From the NCBI GenBank assembly GCA_018675685.1, contig JABGXP010000014.1, positions 81,288 to 145,287 on the forward strand: a stretch of DNA of 64,000 nt, written 5' to 3'. Source of the stretch: a bacterium. Lineage in GTDB: Bacteria > Patescibacteriota > Minisyncoccia > Moranbacterales > DUUL01. Positions 1 through 9,168 of this stretch are shown piece after piece. The notes beneath the pieces are model-generated. The model did not search any database, was not told where the DNA came from, and saw only the letters and a program-made list of their open reading frames with translations. Each line of letters starts with the position of its first letter. Position 1 is the stretch's first letter. The translations under genes were made by a program, and so were the position numbers.

Positions 1-375
1 CAAAATATCGAAAAGTTCGAGCGAATTAAGAAAATGATCCATGCTGCCATAAAAGAAGCGGGTGGTAAAATTGAAATTATTGATACAATCTGTCGAGCAA
101 CCTTTGTGCGCCAAAAAGAGGCTTTTGTGATTGCAAAAGAAATGGATGCAGTAATTGTAATTGGTGGTAGGAGCAGTTCTAATACAAAACAGCTTTGGAA
201 AATAGCGAAAGATCAAAACCCAAATACAATTTGGATTGAAGACCCTAGTGAAGTAAAAAGCGATGAGAATAAGGAGTTTCTTCGAAGGGCTAAATCGATC
301 GGAATCATTTCTGGAGCCTCAACCTCTCCAGATGACATCAACATGGTTAGAAAAATGATCGAAAGTTCTGATTAG
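1..375 (+). CDS. ispH: 4-hydroxy-3-methylbut-2-enyl diphosphate reductase IspH, C-terminal part (5' end lies outside the window)
   Basis: Frame 1 is open from nt 1 to TAG at 373-375. The motif DAVIVIGGRSSSNTKQL matches the conserved IspH C-terminal 'vvGg-NSSN--L' signature, and the sequence around it (ICRATFVRQ..) also fits IspH. Confidence 0.7.
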   Translation, partial: QNIEKFERIKKMIHAAIKEAGGKIEIIDTICRATFVRQKEAFVIAKEMDAVIVIGGRSSSNTKQLWKIAKDQNPNTIWIEDPSEVKSDENKEFLRRAKSIGIISGASTSPDDINMVRKMIESSD

Positions 376-401
376 AAAGGATTTTGTAACTTTTTGAAAG
401 G

Positions 402-430
402 TTGACTGAATAGAAAATTGTTGTTATATT
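402..430 (+). promoter_or_regulatory. sigma70-like promoter: TTGACT, 17 nt, TATATT
   Basis: TTGACT at 402-407, 17-nt spacer, TATATT at 425-430, which ends 10 nt before ATG 441. Confidence 0.4.
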
Positions 431-440
431 GTGTAGTGTT

Positions 441-728
441 ATGAAACAAGAAGATGTTACATTGATTAGTTGCAGTGTTTGTGGTGAGAGATATCGCACA
501 GGCAGTGCAAAAATCGTAGGGAGTAGGAACAATTCTTTGATTGTTCATATTCATTGTGGAAGTTGTTATTCTTCTACGCTTACGATTATTTCCAAAAACT
601 CAACCGGTGAAAACACCATGACAATGGGAATGTTAACAGATTTAAGTTACAACGAAGCTGTGGAGTCAATGAATATGAGAGCAATCGATGCTGATGAAGT
701 GTTGGATATTATTGAGGAAACTCGATAG
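441..728 (+). CDS. small Cys-rich (CxxC...CxxC zinc-ribbon-like) hypothetical protein; the ATG at 441 is preferred over the TTG at 429
   Basis: ORF in the six-frame track with two CxxC pairs (CSVCGE, CGSC). A consensus promoter sits at 402-430, placing the transcription start only a few nt before ATG 441. Confidence 0.35.
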   Translation: MKQEDVTLISCSVCGERYRTGSAKIVGSRNNSLIVHIHCGSCYSSTLTIISKNSTGENTMTMGMLTDLSYNEAVESMNMRAIDADEVLDIIEETR

Positions 729-834
729 TAGTCGCAAAATCTCAATTCTTTTTTCACAATAAAGTTGTTCAATGTAGGCAAGTCTTTACTAAGTAATTAA
801 AGGGAAATTTCCCATAAGTGTTAAAAAAGTCAAG

Positions 835-1557
835 ATGGAAGAAATCACATTAAAAGCGAGAATTAGAAAAGAAGGTGAAAAATTAACAAAAGAAACTCGA
901 GAAATTCCTGCTGTTGTGTATGGAAAGAAGATCGGTAGTATTGCAATCTTCGTTAATTTATCTGAATTAAACAGAATATTTGATAAAGCAGGAGAGAGCA
1001 CGATTATAAACTTGCAAGTCGAGGATGAAAAAGGTAAAAACGAAATTTACAAAACGTTAATTTATGATTATCAAACAGAGGCCATTGGAAATGAATTTAT
1101 TCATGTTGATTTTTTTAACGTCAAGATGGACCAAAAAATTGAGACAAATGTCGAATTGGAATTTGTTGGAGAGTCAATCGCCGTGAAAGAGTTAGGTGGA
1201 ACTTTTGTTAGAGGTTTAGATTCAGTTGAAGTTCAGTGTTTGCCTGCTGATTTGCCCGGTAGTATTGAGATCGATATTTCAGTGTTGGATTCTTTCGATA
1301 AACATATTTATGTAAAAGATGTTATTGTTGGTGAAAAAATTAGTATTTTAACGGATGATACGATCGTTGTAGCGGCTGTCAGTGCTCCACGAACAAAGGA
1401 AGACGTTGAAAGTTTAGATGAAGCTGTTGATTCTGATATTTCACAAGTTGAGGGAATGGAAGAAATAGAGGCAGAAGGAGCGGCAGAAGGAGATGACGAA
1501 AAGAAAAAAGAAAAAGAGAGTAATGAGAATAAAGAGAAAAAGGAGAAAAAGGAATAA
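835..1557 (+). CDS. rplY: 50S ribosomal protein bL25 / general stress protein Ctc, with a K/E-rich C-terminal tail
   Basis: The N-terminal region (ARIRKEGEK.TKETREIPAVVYGKKIGSIAI.V) and the central beta-barrel region are typical of the Ctc-type L25. The C-terminus ends EKKKEKESNENKEKKEKKE. Confidence 0.8.
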   Translation: MEEITLKARIRKEGEKLTKETREIPAVVYGKKIGSIAIFVNLSELNRIFDKAGESTIINLQVEDEKGKNEIYKTLIYDYQTEAIGNEFIHVDFFNVKMDQKIETNVELEFVGESIAVKELGGTFVRGLDSVEVQCLPADLPGSIEIDISVLDSFDKHIYVKDVIVGEKISILTDDTIVVAAVSAPRTKEDVESLDEAVDSDISQVEGMEEIEAEGAAEGDDEKKKEKESNENKEKKEKKE

Positions 1558-1597
1558 TTAGTCCTTGGAATAAAAATTTTTAAGAGATAGCCTTGAA

Positions 1598-2884
1598 ATG
1601 TCTCAAAAAAAAAGAAAAATAAAATCTAGGATCTTTTTGATAACTATGACCTCACTGATTGTGATGTGGGGTCTAGTTTTTTCTTTTCCAAGTGATTATC
1701 TAAATTTTGCCATTGCTGCTAGTGATGATGAAGACGATAAAGAAAAGGAAGAGGAAGCTGAGGAGATTGAAGATGATGTTGAAAACCTAGAAGATGACCT
1801 AGAGAAAGCTCTAAAAGAGAAAGCTGTTAAGGAACAGGAAAAATTATTGATTTCAAATGAACTTTGGGCAATCCGAAAGAACATAACTGTTGTTGAGGCT
1901 GATATCGAAGAGACTGGCAATGAAATCAAGAAACTTGAAAGAGAAATTGTCGAGGCTATCGATGAAATTGCTTTAAAGAAAAAATTAATGGGGGCAATTT
2001 TGCGACAAATAAATCGAACAAACCGAGAGTTGCAGTTGATTGCTTACGGGAAAGAGAGTGGTTTGAGTGAGTATTTCTCGATTGTTGATGGTTTAGAGAA
2101 CATGGAGGGTAAGTTGTCGACATTGATTGTCGAGGTAAGACAGAAAAAAGAAGATCTAGAAAAGCAGAGAATCAAGCAAAAAGAGGGCTTGGCTTTACAT
2201 GATGACCAAAAAGAATTATTGGAGTATCAAAAAAATAAAAAAGGTTGGGTTCTTAGTCAAAAACAACAAGCTATCAACGAAGATGCTTCTGAGATCGGTC
2301 AAATTCAGGCCAAGATTTCTAAAATGAAATCAGAGATTTCTAAATTACTTGGAAAGGGGTATGATGCAAGTGATATTAAAAGTGCTGTTAAATATGCTAG
2401 TAAAAAGACGGGTGTTAGAAGAGATTTTTTGATGGGAATGTTAGTTGTCGAATCTAATTTAGGACGTTTCACTGGTGGGTGTAATTACAAAGAAAGTCGT
2501 ATGAGCGATTACCGAAAAACAATATTCAAGCAAATTTGTAAAGAAGTCGACAGAAATTATAAAAAAATGAAAGTCTCCTGCCCACCTTCTAATTACAAAG
2601 GAACTGGTGGTGCGATGGGAGTTCAGCAATTTATGTCAGACACTTGGTTAGGATATAAGGATAGAATTTCAGAAAAAACAGGTAATTATCCTCCTGACCC
2701 TTGGAATTTAACAGACGGAGTGATGGCGATGGCAATTAAACTTGGTAATGATGGAGCAACAAAAAAAAGCGGTGAATGGAGGGCTGCATCACGTTACCTT
2801 GGTACATGCCATACAAAAACCACCGAATTTTATTGTAGAGATGTTTTGTATTGGGCGGATAATTATGAAAAAGTTTTGAATTAA
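1598..2884 (+). CDS. membrane-anchored coiled-coil protein with a C-terminal lytic transglycosylase-like domain
   Basis: N-terminal TM/signal segment, an acidic stretch, and a long coiled coil. The C-terminal ESNLG...GAMGVQQFMSDTW resembles the ES...GAMG-MQFMP-TW motif of lytic murein transglycosylases. Confidence 0.5.
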   Translation: MSQKKRKIKSRIFLITMTSLIVMWGLVFSFPSDYLNFAIAASDDEDDKEKEEEAEEIEDDVENLEDDLEKALKEKAVKEQEKLLISNELWAIRKNITVVEADIEETGNEIKKLEREIVEAIDEIALKKKLMGAILRQINRTNRELQLIAYGKESGLSEYFSIVDGLENMEGKLSTLIVEVRQKKEDLEKQRIKQKEGLALHDDQKELLEYQKNKKGWVLSQKQQAINEDASEIGQIQAKISKMKSEISKLLGKGYDASDIKSAVKYASKKTGVRRDFLMGMLVVESNLGRFTGGCNYKESRMSDYRKTIFKQICKEVDRNYKKMKVSCPPSNYKGTGGAMGVQQFMSDTWLGYKDRISEKTGNYPPDPWNLTDGVMAMAIKLGNDGATKKSGEWRAASRYLGTCHTKTTEFYCRDVLYWADNYEKVLN

Positions 2885-3007
2885 TTTTGAAGCAATAGCA
2901 CAAAGCAAGTAATATTTTTTCTAGTTACTTGTTGGTGTAAAAAGACCGGAGTTTAACAACACAGGTCTTTTTTTGTTTTTTAAATTCTTGCTAAATGTAT
3001 AAATGTG

Positions 3008-3036
3008 TTGACGCGGAAATGAAAGTGGTGTAGAAT
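3008..3036 (+). promoter_or_regulatory. mraZ/dcw promoter: TTGACG, 17 nt, TAGAAT
   Basis: TTGACG at 3008-3013, 17-nt spacer, TAGAAT at 3031-3036, located ~115 nt upstream of mraZ. Confidence 0.5.
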
Positions 3037-3040
3037 GTAA

Positions 3041-3060
3041 GTGAAGTGGAGTGAAGTGGG
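3041..3060 (+). repeat. tandem 10-nt direct repeat GTGAAGTGG(A/G) x2 just downstream of the -10; candidate MraZ operator boxes
   Basis: GTGAAGTGGA at 3041-3050 and GTGAAGTGGG at 3051-3060, with a further GTGG at 3025-3028. MraZ autoregulation through GTGG/TGGG-type direct repeats at 10-bp periodicity is established for E. coli and Bacillus. Confidence 0.35.
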
Positions 3061-3151
3061 GAAAACACGAAACAAGTCTCTTAAGGGGAGGGATGGGAGT
3101 TGGACTCTTTGTCCTGCTCCCAGAGGCAATAAGAATTCATCCATTTATCTC

Positions 3152-3586
3152 ATGTTTATAGGTGAATACCAACACACAATTGACCCAAAGAAGCGGATTG
3201 CAATTCCGTCTAAGTTTAGGTTGCATTTTGAAGGTGGTGTGGTGGTGACAAGGGGCTTAGATAAATGCCTTTTTATCTATTCAAGAGAAGAGTGGTCAAA
3301 AATAGCTACAAAATTAGGAGAAATGCCAGTTGGTGAAAAATCAACCAGAAGTTTTGTTAGATTAATGCTCGCTGGTGCAGTTGATTCGAATCTCGACTCT
3401 CAAGGAAGAGTTTTAATTCCAGAGTATCTGAAAGAATACGCAAACTTAAAAAAACAAGTTATTGTTGCGGGCTTGTTTAATCGTTTAGAACTTTGGGATG
3501 AAAATGAGTGGAATAAATACAAAAAATCTGCTGAGGAGAATCAAGATGAAATAGCAGAGCAATTGGGGAAATTAGGAATGTACTAA
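3152..3586 (+). CDS. mraZ: transcriptional regulator MraZ
   Basis: The protein begins MFIGEYQHTIDPKKRIAIPSKFR and shows the two MraZ repeats. The GTG start at 3041 in the track is an upstream extension that overlaps the promoter and operator. Confidence 0.85.
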   Translation: MFIGEYQHTIDPKKRIAIPSKFRLHFEGGVVVTRGLDKCLFIYSREEWSKIATKLGEMPVGEKSTRSFVRLMLAGAVDSNLDSQGRVLIPEYLKEYANLKKQVIVAGLFNRLELWDENEWNKYKKSAEENQDEIAEQLGKLGMY

Positions 3587-3590
3587 AAAT

Positions 3591-4556
3591 ATGCACAAGA
3601 CAGTTTTATTAGCAGAATCAGCTTTTCAATTGAATCTAAAAAAAGGAGATGTAGTAGTCGATGCAACACTTGGAATGGGTGGACACACGATTGAACTTGC
3701 TAAAATAGTAGGTGAAAAAGGGAGAGTTATTGCAATTGATATGGATGCCGTTGCAATTCGTGAAGCAAAAAATCGAATTAAAAAAGAGCACAAAGAGTTT
3801 CTAGATAGAATAATTTTCGTAAAAGACAATTTCAAAAACATTGACAAAATAGTTGCTGGACAGGGGACTTCAGCAATTAAAGTAAAAGGTGTTTTAGCTG
3901 ATTTGGGCTGGAGAATCGAGCAAATCAATGATCCGGCATACGGTCTCAGCTTCAACGTTGATGCTAGACTCAATATGCGTCTAGATGAAGCTGGTGATAG
4001 TCCAGAAGACTCTGAGGATGCATTTGATATCATTAACTCTTGGTCAGCTGATGACCTAGAGAGATTATTCCGAGAGCTTGGAGAGGAGAGGTTTTCGAAG
4101 AGAATTGTTATTGCGATTAAAGAGGCAAGAAAAGAAAAGGAAATAAAAACAACGATGGAATTGGCCAATATTATAGAGGAATCAGTTGGTCACAGAGGAA
4201 GGAAAGGTGGGAGAAAAATACATCCAGCAACAAAAGTTTTTCAAGCACTTAGAATCCAAGTGAACAGTGAATTGAATAACTTAAATGTATTCTTGGAGAA
4301 CGCGCTTAAAGTATTGGAAAAGGATGGGCGTTTGGCAATTATCTCCTTTCATTCAATTGAGGATCGAATCGTGAAGAACTTTTGCAAGAGTGGTACAAAA
4401 GGATGTGTGTGTCCTAAGGAATTCCCAATCTGCAAATGTGGGAAAGAACCTAAATTGAAACTGATCACGAAAAAACCAATCATTCCTAGTGACTTGGAAC
4501 TTAAAGAAAATAGACGGGCAAGGAGTGCCAAGTTAAGGGTTATTCAAAAAAAATAG
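3591..4556 (+). CDS. rsmH: 16S rRNA (cytosine1402-N4)-methyltransferase RsmH
   Basis: SAM-binding GDVVVDATLGMGGHT, the RsmH/MraW fold, and position directly after mraZ. Confidence 0.9.
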   Translation: MHKTVLLAESAFQLNLKKGDVVVDATLGMGGHTIELAKIVGEKGRVIAIDMDAVAIREAKNRIKKEHKEFLDRIIFVKDNFKNIDKIVAGQGTSAIKVKGVLADLGWRIEQINDPAYGLSFNVDARLNMRLDEAGDSPEDSEDAFDIINSWSADDLERLFRELGEERFSKRIVIAIKEARKEKEIKTTMELANIIEESVGHRGRKGGRKIHPATKVFQALRIQVNSELNNLNVFLENALKVLEKDGRLAIISFHSIEDRIVKNFCKSGTKGCVCPKEFPICKCGKEPKLKLITKKPIIPSDLELKENRRARSAKLRVIQKK

Positions 4557-4604
4557 ACATAGAGGTATAAATAAAAAGTAAAAGTGTGAGGGGGCAACGT
4601 TGAT

Positions 4605-4970
4605 GTGGTAGCATATTCAGTTGCAACAAAAAAAGGAAAGATTGAAAGATGCAAAAAGATTCAAAAAAAGCATGAGTCTTCTTTTGGGTCTTCCTTATCT
4701 TCAATGGTTAACGCACTGACATTTGCGGTTGTTGTTGTTGGTGTGCTCTATGTAGCACAAACTAATAGACTAGCCACCATGGGGTATGAAATAAAAGAAA
4801 AAGAAAATGAAATCAACACACTATTTAAAGACAATGAAGCTCTTAAGATTAATGCCGCAGAGCTAAAATCGATGCATCATCTTGAGCTTAAGAAAGAAGA
4901 GATGAAACTAAGAAAGCCTCAAGAGATTGGTTATTTAGAGATTGATGATTCGGTAGCAATGGGGAGATAG
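4605..4970 (+). CDS. ftsL: cell-division protein FtsL-like (single TM plus coiled coil), GTG start
   Basis: Small bitopic protein (TM FAVVVVGVLYV followed by a coiled coil) sitting between rsmH and ftsI. A GAGGGGG Shine-Dalgarno lies 10 nt upstream of the GTG. Confidence 0.5.
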   Translation: MVAYSVATKKGKIERCKKIQKKHESSFGSSLSSMVNALTFAVVVVGVLYVAQTNRLATMGYEIKEKENEINTLFKDNEALKINAAELKSMHHLELKKEEMKLRKPQEIGYLEIDDSVAMGR

Positions 4971-4977
4971 GAACAAT

Positions 4978-6849
4978 ATGCTTAAAAAAGTTAAAAAAAG
5001 GAGAAAATCTGTGTCATCTGACTTGAAACAGAAAGTTCTACCAAGGTCCAGAGTGTATCTGGTTGTTTTTGCTATATTAATTTTTACGGGAATTATTGTT
5101 TTTCAATTGTATCGTCTACAAATCAAAGGCAATATTAAGTATACAAACCTAGCAAAAAAACAACACCAGGCAAGTAATAGAATTTTACCTTCAAGAGGCG
5201 AAATTTTTTTGTGTCAAAAAGAGGCAAAATTTTCATTAGCAGTTAACAAAGAACTTAAGACGGTTTTTGCTATGCCAAATGAGATTAAAGATCCAGTATT
5301 AACCGCGAGTATAATTGCCCCGATCTTAGACTTAGAAGAGACAGATGTTTTGAGAAAACTTTCAAAAAAAGGTGATTTATACGAAGTTTTAAGGCGTAAA
5401 ATTTCCAAAGAACTTTTCTTGAAGGTTGAAAAACTGAAATTGGAAGGGATTTATGGGGAAAGCGAATATTGGAGGTATTATCCAGGTAATTCGCTGGCAG
5501 CTCAAGTAGTTGGATTCGTTGGCTATAAAGAGGACAAACTATTTGGACAATATGGGATAGAGAGTAAATTAGAAGAAAGACTTAGTGGAAGAGAGGGTAT
5601 GATGGAACAAGAAAGGGATGTCTTTGGGAGGTGGATTTCAATTGGCTCCAAGTTAGTAACACCTGAGCGTGACGGACAAGATGTTGTTTTGACCTTGGAT
5701 CATGTTTTGCAGTTTAAGACAGAATCTGCACTTAAAAGTGCTATTAAAAGACACGATGCTGATAGTGGAAGAGTTATTATTACGAATCCAAGTACAGGCG
5801 AAATTTTAGCCATGGCTGCATACCCAACCTTTGATCCAAACGAATATTCAAAAGTTGAGGATATTAGTGTTTTTAAAAACTCTTTGATTTCAAATGAGTA
5901 TGAGTGTGGGTCTGTTTTTAAACCAATAACGATGGCTATTGGGCTAGACACAGAAAAAATTACACCAGAGACAACCTATATCGACAGAGGTTTTGTTGCA
6001 GAGGCTGGGTTTACTATTAATAATTCGGATAAAAAAGCATACCAAAAGCAAACAATGACACAGGTGATTGAGAAATCGCTAAATACAGGAGTTATCTTTG
6101 TTGAAAAAGAAATTGGAAATCAAGAATTTTATCGATATATAAAAGATTTTGGTTTCGGAGAAGTCACGGGTGTCTCCTTACCAGGAGAGGCTGACGGAAA
6201 CATCTCAAATTTAAAAAAGAATAGAGATATTGAATACTTCACTGCTTCTTTCGGGCAAGGAATTACTGTTACACCATTACAATTGGCAATGGCATACGGA
6301 GTGATGGCAAATGGAGGAGAGTTATTGAAGCCACAAATTATAAATAGTATTATTGATTTAAACGGAGCGGAAGAGAAATTTGAAACCAAGAAGGTTAAGT
6401 CTGTTATTTCTAAGAAAACATCTGAAGAGGTTTCTTTGATGCTAGAGAGTAATATTCTTAATGGACACGGGAAGTTAGCAGGAGTTCCAGGATACCGCAT
6501 CGCTGGTAAGACTGGAACAGCACAAATTCCTGATAAAGAGAACGGTGGATATTTAGAAGATGCAACCACTGGAACTTTCGCGGGATATGGACCTGTGGAA
6601 GATCCAATCTTTGCAATGGTTGTGATAATAGATTATCCTAAAGATGTGGAATGGGCAGAGAGTACAGCAGCCCCAGTTTTCGGAGAATTAGCGAAAGTAG
6701 TTCTTGATTATTATGGGGTAGAACCGACCGAGGAATATGATTTAAAGGATTTAGAAAAATTTGCAAAAACCCACAACTATCTTTTTAATAAAGAAGAAGA
6801 AATAAAAAATGAGTCATTAGAGACTGAAACAAGTAAGGATCAAGATTAA
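4978..6849 (+). CDS. ftsI: peptidoglycan D,D-transpeptidase (class B PBP, FtsI/PBP2-like)
   Basis: N-terminal TM and PBP dimerisation domain. Transpeptidase motifs SVFKP (SxxK), SNE, and KTGTA are present. Confidence 0.85.
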   Translation: MLKKVKKRRKSVSSDLKQKVLPRSRVYLVVFAILIFTGIIVFQLYRLQIKGNIKYTNLAKKQHQASNRILPSRGEIFLCQKEAKFSLAVNKELKTVFAMPNEIKDPVLTASIIAPILDLEETDVLRKLSKKGDLYEVLRRKISKELFLKVEKLKLEGIYGESEYWRYYPGNSLAAQVVGFVGYKEDKLFGQYGIESKLEERLSGREGMMEQERDVFGRWISIGSKLVTPERDGQDVVLTLDHVLQFKTESALKSAIKRHDADSGRVIITNPSTGEILAMAAYPTFDPNEYSKVEDISVFKNSLISNEYECGSVFKPITMAIGLDTEKITPETTYIDRGFVAEAGFTINNSDKKAYQKQTMTQVIEKSLNTGVIFVEKEIGNQEFYRYIKDFGFGEVTGVSLPGEADGNISNLKKNRDIEYFTASFGQGITVTPLQLAMAYGVMANGGELLKPQIINSIIDLNGAEEKFETKKVKSVISKKTSEEVSLMLESNILNGHGKLAGVPGYRIAGKTGTAQIPDKENGGYLEDATTGTFAGYGPVEDPIFAMVVIIDYPKDVEWAESTAAPVFGELAKVVLDYYGVEPTEEYDLKDLEKFAKTHNYLFNKEEEIKNESLETETSKDQD

Positions 6850-6873
6850 AGGCTAATTGATAAATTTCACCAT

Positions 6874-8199
6874 ATGAACAAGTCAAAGAAAGCAAGATTT
6901 TTAGAGAAAGTATTGCGTTTAATGGCAATTTGTGTTTTATGGCGACATAAACCAAAAGTTGTTGCAATTACGGGAAGTGTTGGGAAAACTACAACAAAAG
7001 ACATGACCTGGAAATTGTTGGAGAAGTATTTCAATGTCAGGAGGAATATTAAGAACTATAATAATGAAATTGGCGTTCCATTGACTATCATCGGCGTGGA
7101 GTCTGGGGAGAGCTCAATGATCAAATGGTTTTTTGTTTTCCTGAGTTGGGTGGGTGTTATGTTTTCTAGGAAATATCCAGAGATTTTGGTCTTGGAAATG
7201 GGTGCTGACAAGCCAGGTGATATCAAATACCTTACTAGTTTTGTGCCTATTGAGGTTGGAGTTATAACAAACATTGGGATTTCTCATCTTGAAAATTTTA
7301 AAACAAAAAAAGCGGTAGCTGTGGAAAAGGGGCATCTCCTAAGAAGTGTCCCTGTGAATGGACTGGCGATTTTAAATAGCGATGATGCTGAATGTCAAAA
7401 ACTAGCCCCACAGCTTAAAACCAACGTAATTAAGTGCGGTTTTGAGGAGGGGGCGTCAATGCTTGGAAGCGATATTATTTATGGTTATCGCTCATTGGAA
7501 ACCAGAAGTGGGAAAAAGATTAAGTTAGTTAAGGGGATTTTATTTAAATTAAACTATCAAGGTAAGATTATCCCAATTAAACTGAAGCACGCACTAGGTT
7601 ACCCTCAAGTTTATGCAGCACTCAATGCATTTGCTGTGGCAGAATACTTTAAACTGAATAAGCTTGAAGCCGCGGAAGCATTGCAGGATTTTCTTCCTCC
7701 ACCAGGAAGAATGGTTTTAATGCCAGGTATTAAAAATTCGGCAGTGATTGACGATACTTACAATAGTGCTCCGGAAAGTCTGAATGCTTGCCTTGTTACG
7801 CTTGATAAAATAAAAGCCGAAAGGAAAATTGTCGTCTTAGGTGATATGTTGGAGCTTGGAGAAGAAGAGGAGAGCGCTCATCGAGAGGCAGGAAAAAAAG
7901 TTGCCGAGTTACAACCAGAATTCTTCGTTGCTGTTGGAAAAAGAATGAAATATGCAGCGATAGAGTACAGGAAAAACACCCAAGATAAGGATTCAATAGG
8001 ATGCTTTAGCTCCCCCAACGAAGCAATGATTTTCATTCAGCATACGCTGAAAGAAGGAGATGTGGTTTTAGTGAAAGGATCACAGGGAATGAGAATGGAA
8101 AAAATTGTTGAAGAAATTATGAGGCAACCAGAAAAGAAAAAAGAATTGCTAGTTAGACAGGATGACACTTGGCAAACAAAGGATTTTATAGCGCCATAG
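6874..8199 (+). CDS. murF: Mur ligase, most likely UDP-MurNAc-tripeptide--D-Ala-D-Ala ligase MurF
   Basis: ATP-binding VVAITGSVGKTTTKDM, a Mur-ligase central and C-terminal domain, and a C-terminus DVVLVKGSQGMRMEKIVEEI typical of MurF. It follows ftsI. Confidence 0.6.
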   Translation: MNKSKKARFLEKVLRLMAICVLWRHKPKVVAITGSVGKTTTKDMTWKLLEKYFNVRRNIKNYNNEIGVPLTIIGVESGESSMIKWFFVFLSWVGVMFSRKYPEILVLEMGADKPGDIKYLTSFVPIEVGVITNIGISHLENFKTKKAVAVEKGHLLRSVPVNGLAILNSDDAECQKLAPQLKTNVIKCGFEEGASMLGSDIIYGYRSLETRSGKKIKLVKGILFKLNYQGKIIPIKLKHALGYPQVYAALNAFAVAEYFKLNKLEAAEALQDFLPPPGRMVLMPGIKNSAVIDDTYNSAPESLNACLVTLDKIKAERKIVVLGDMLELGEEEESAHREAGKKVAELQPEFFVAVGKRMKYAAIEYRKNTQDKDSIGCFSSPNEAMIFIQHTLKEGDVVLVKGSQGMRMEKIVEEIMRQPEKKKELLVRQDDTWQTKDFIAP

Positions 8200-8229
8200 A
8201 GAATACAACAGAGTGAATTCAAATAATAA

Positions 8230-8264
8230 AAAAGTCGCTATCTTTGTTTGGGTGACTTTTTTTA
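8230..8264. terminator. bidirectional intrinsic terminator between murF and the convergent rhodanese gene
   Basis: AAAGTCGC...GGTGACTTT stem flanked by an A-run and a T-run (TTTTTTT at 8257-8263). Confidence 0.4.
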
Positions 8265-8287
8265 AAACCAAACATGTTATTTATTTC

Positions 8288-9163
8288 CTATTTGTCAGCA
8301 GGCTCTTCTTTCCCAATATTAGCGATAGTATCCTTCATATCGTTGTAAGTGTCCTTACAGTTATATACACCAAGAACATTCATGTCATAGAGCCTTACTG
8401 CGGCTTGAAAGCTTCGAATAGGGTCTTTATCTAGAACAATAAAGCTTCTAACCGGTAATTTGTCTTTCTTTTTTTCTAATTCTTCTAAGGGGATATTAAT
8501 TGATCCATCGATATGATCAAGCGCAAAATCCACAGCTGAACGAGTGTCAATAAATTTCAGTCTAGACCCATCCAAGAGTTGTTCAATAATTTCCTTGGCT
8601 GTATAAGAAGTTACTTTCAGCAGATCTGATTGTATTAAGGGATTCCCAAGCGTAACCAAACCAAATTCGTTGTGAGCATAGTTTATGATCCCACCATCAA
8701 GATATTTTACAGTCAAACCCTCCTTCTGAAGATGTTCAGTGAGAATCCTACCATTAGGAGAATCTGTTCTATCTATAATTATTATAGTTTTTGTTTTGCT
8801 TAGTAAGTTTAGTTTATCCTCTAGTTTTGTCAGGGGTATATTAATCGAAGCTTCAATATGTTTTAAAATAAACTCATTCTCCTCTCGAATGTCCACCAAT
8901 TGAAAATCTTCGTTTCGAATTGCCCTTGAAGTTTCCTTTGGTGAAATTGTGGGAACTTGTAAATTAGCGTCTGCTTCTACCTGTTTGTTTTCAGAAAGTT
9001 TTTTTTCTAATGCACCCTTTTGTTTATTTATTTTTTTTACATAAAAAACACCAGAAATAGTTACTATTAGAATAAAAGCAACAAGGGCTGGCCAGATCAG
9101 AAAAGGTTGCGTCTTTTTTGACTCTTGGGAAATAATTTGTTTCCTTGGTGGTTGGTGTTGCAT
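8288..9163 (-). CDS. membrane-anchored protein with tandem rhodanese-like domains (no catalytic Cys seen in the CxxGxR position)
   Basis: N-terminal TM (FLIWPALVAFILIVTISGVF). Two repeats with rhodanese-like cores (DIREENEF..GHIEASINIPL and IDTRSAVDF..DHIDGSINIPL). Confidence 0.5.
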   Translation of the reverse strand: MQHQPPRKQIISQESKKTQPFLIWPALVAFILIVTISGVFYVKKINKQKGALEKKLSENKQVEADANLQVPTISPKETSRAIRNEDFQLVDIREENEFILKHIEASINIPLTKLEDKLNLLSKTKTIIIIDRTDSPNGRILTEHLQKEGLTVKYLDGGIINYAHNEFGLVTLGNPLIQSDLLKVTSYTAKEIIEQLLDGSRLKFIDTRSAVDFALDHIDGSINIPLEELEKKKDKLPVRSFIVLDKDPIRSFQAAVRLYDMNVLGVYNCKDTYNDMKDTIANIGKEEPADK

Positions 9164-9168
9164 ATATT

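Noticed and set aside
3041-3151. Track ORF start (GTG 3041) giving MraZ a 37-aa N-terminal extension
   Set aside because: The extension overlaps the promoter -10 and the operator repeats. The MraZ family starts at MF(I/M)GEY, which is the ATG at 3152.
3626-4168. 180-aa minus-strand ORF inside rsmH, and similar antisense ORFs (48087..48650 in atpA/atpG, 34864..35223 in dnaK, 37013..37402, 63016..63519)
   Set aside because: All are embedded antisense to well-supported genes, have low-complexity compositions and lack ribosome-binding sites.
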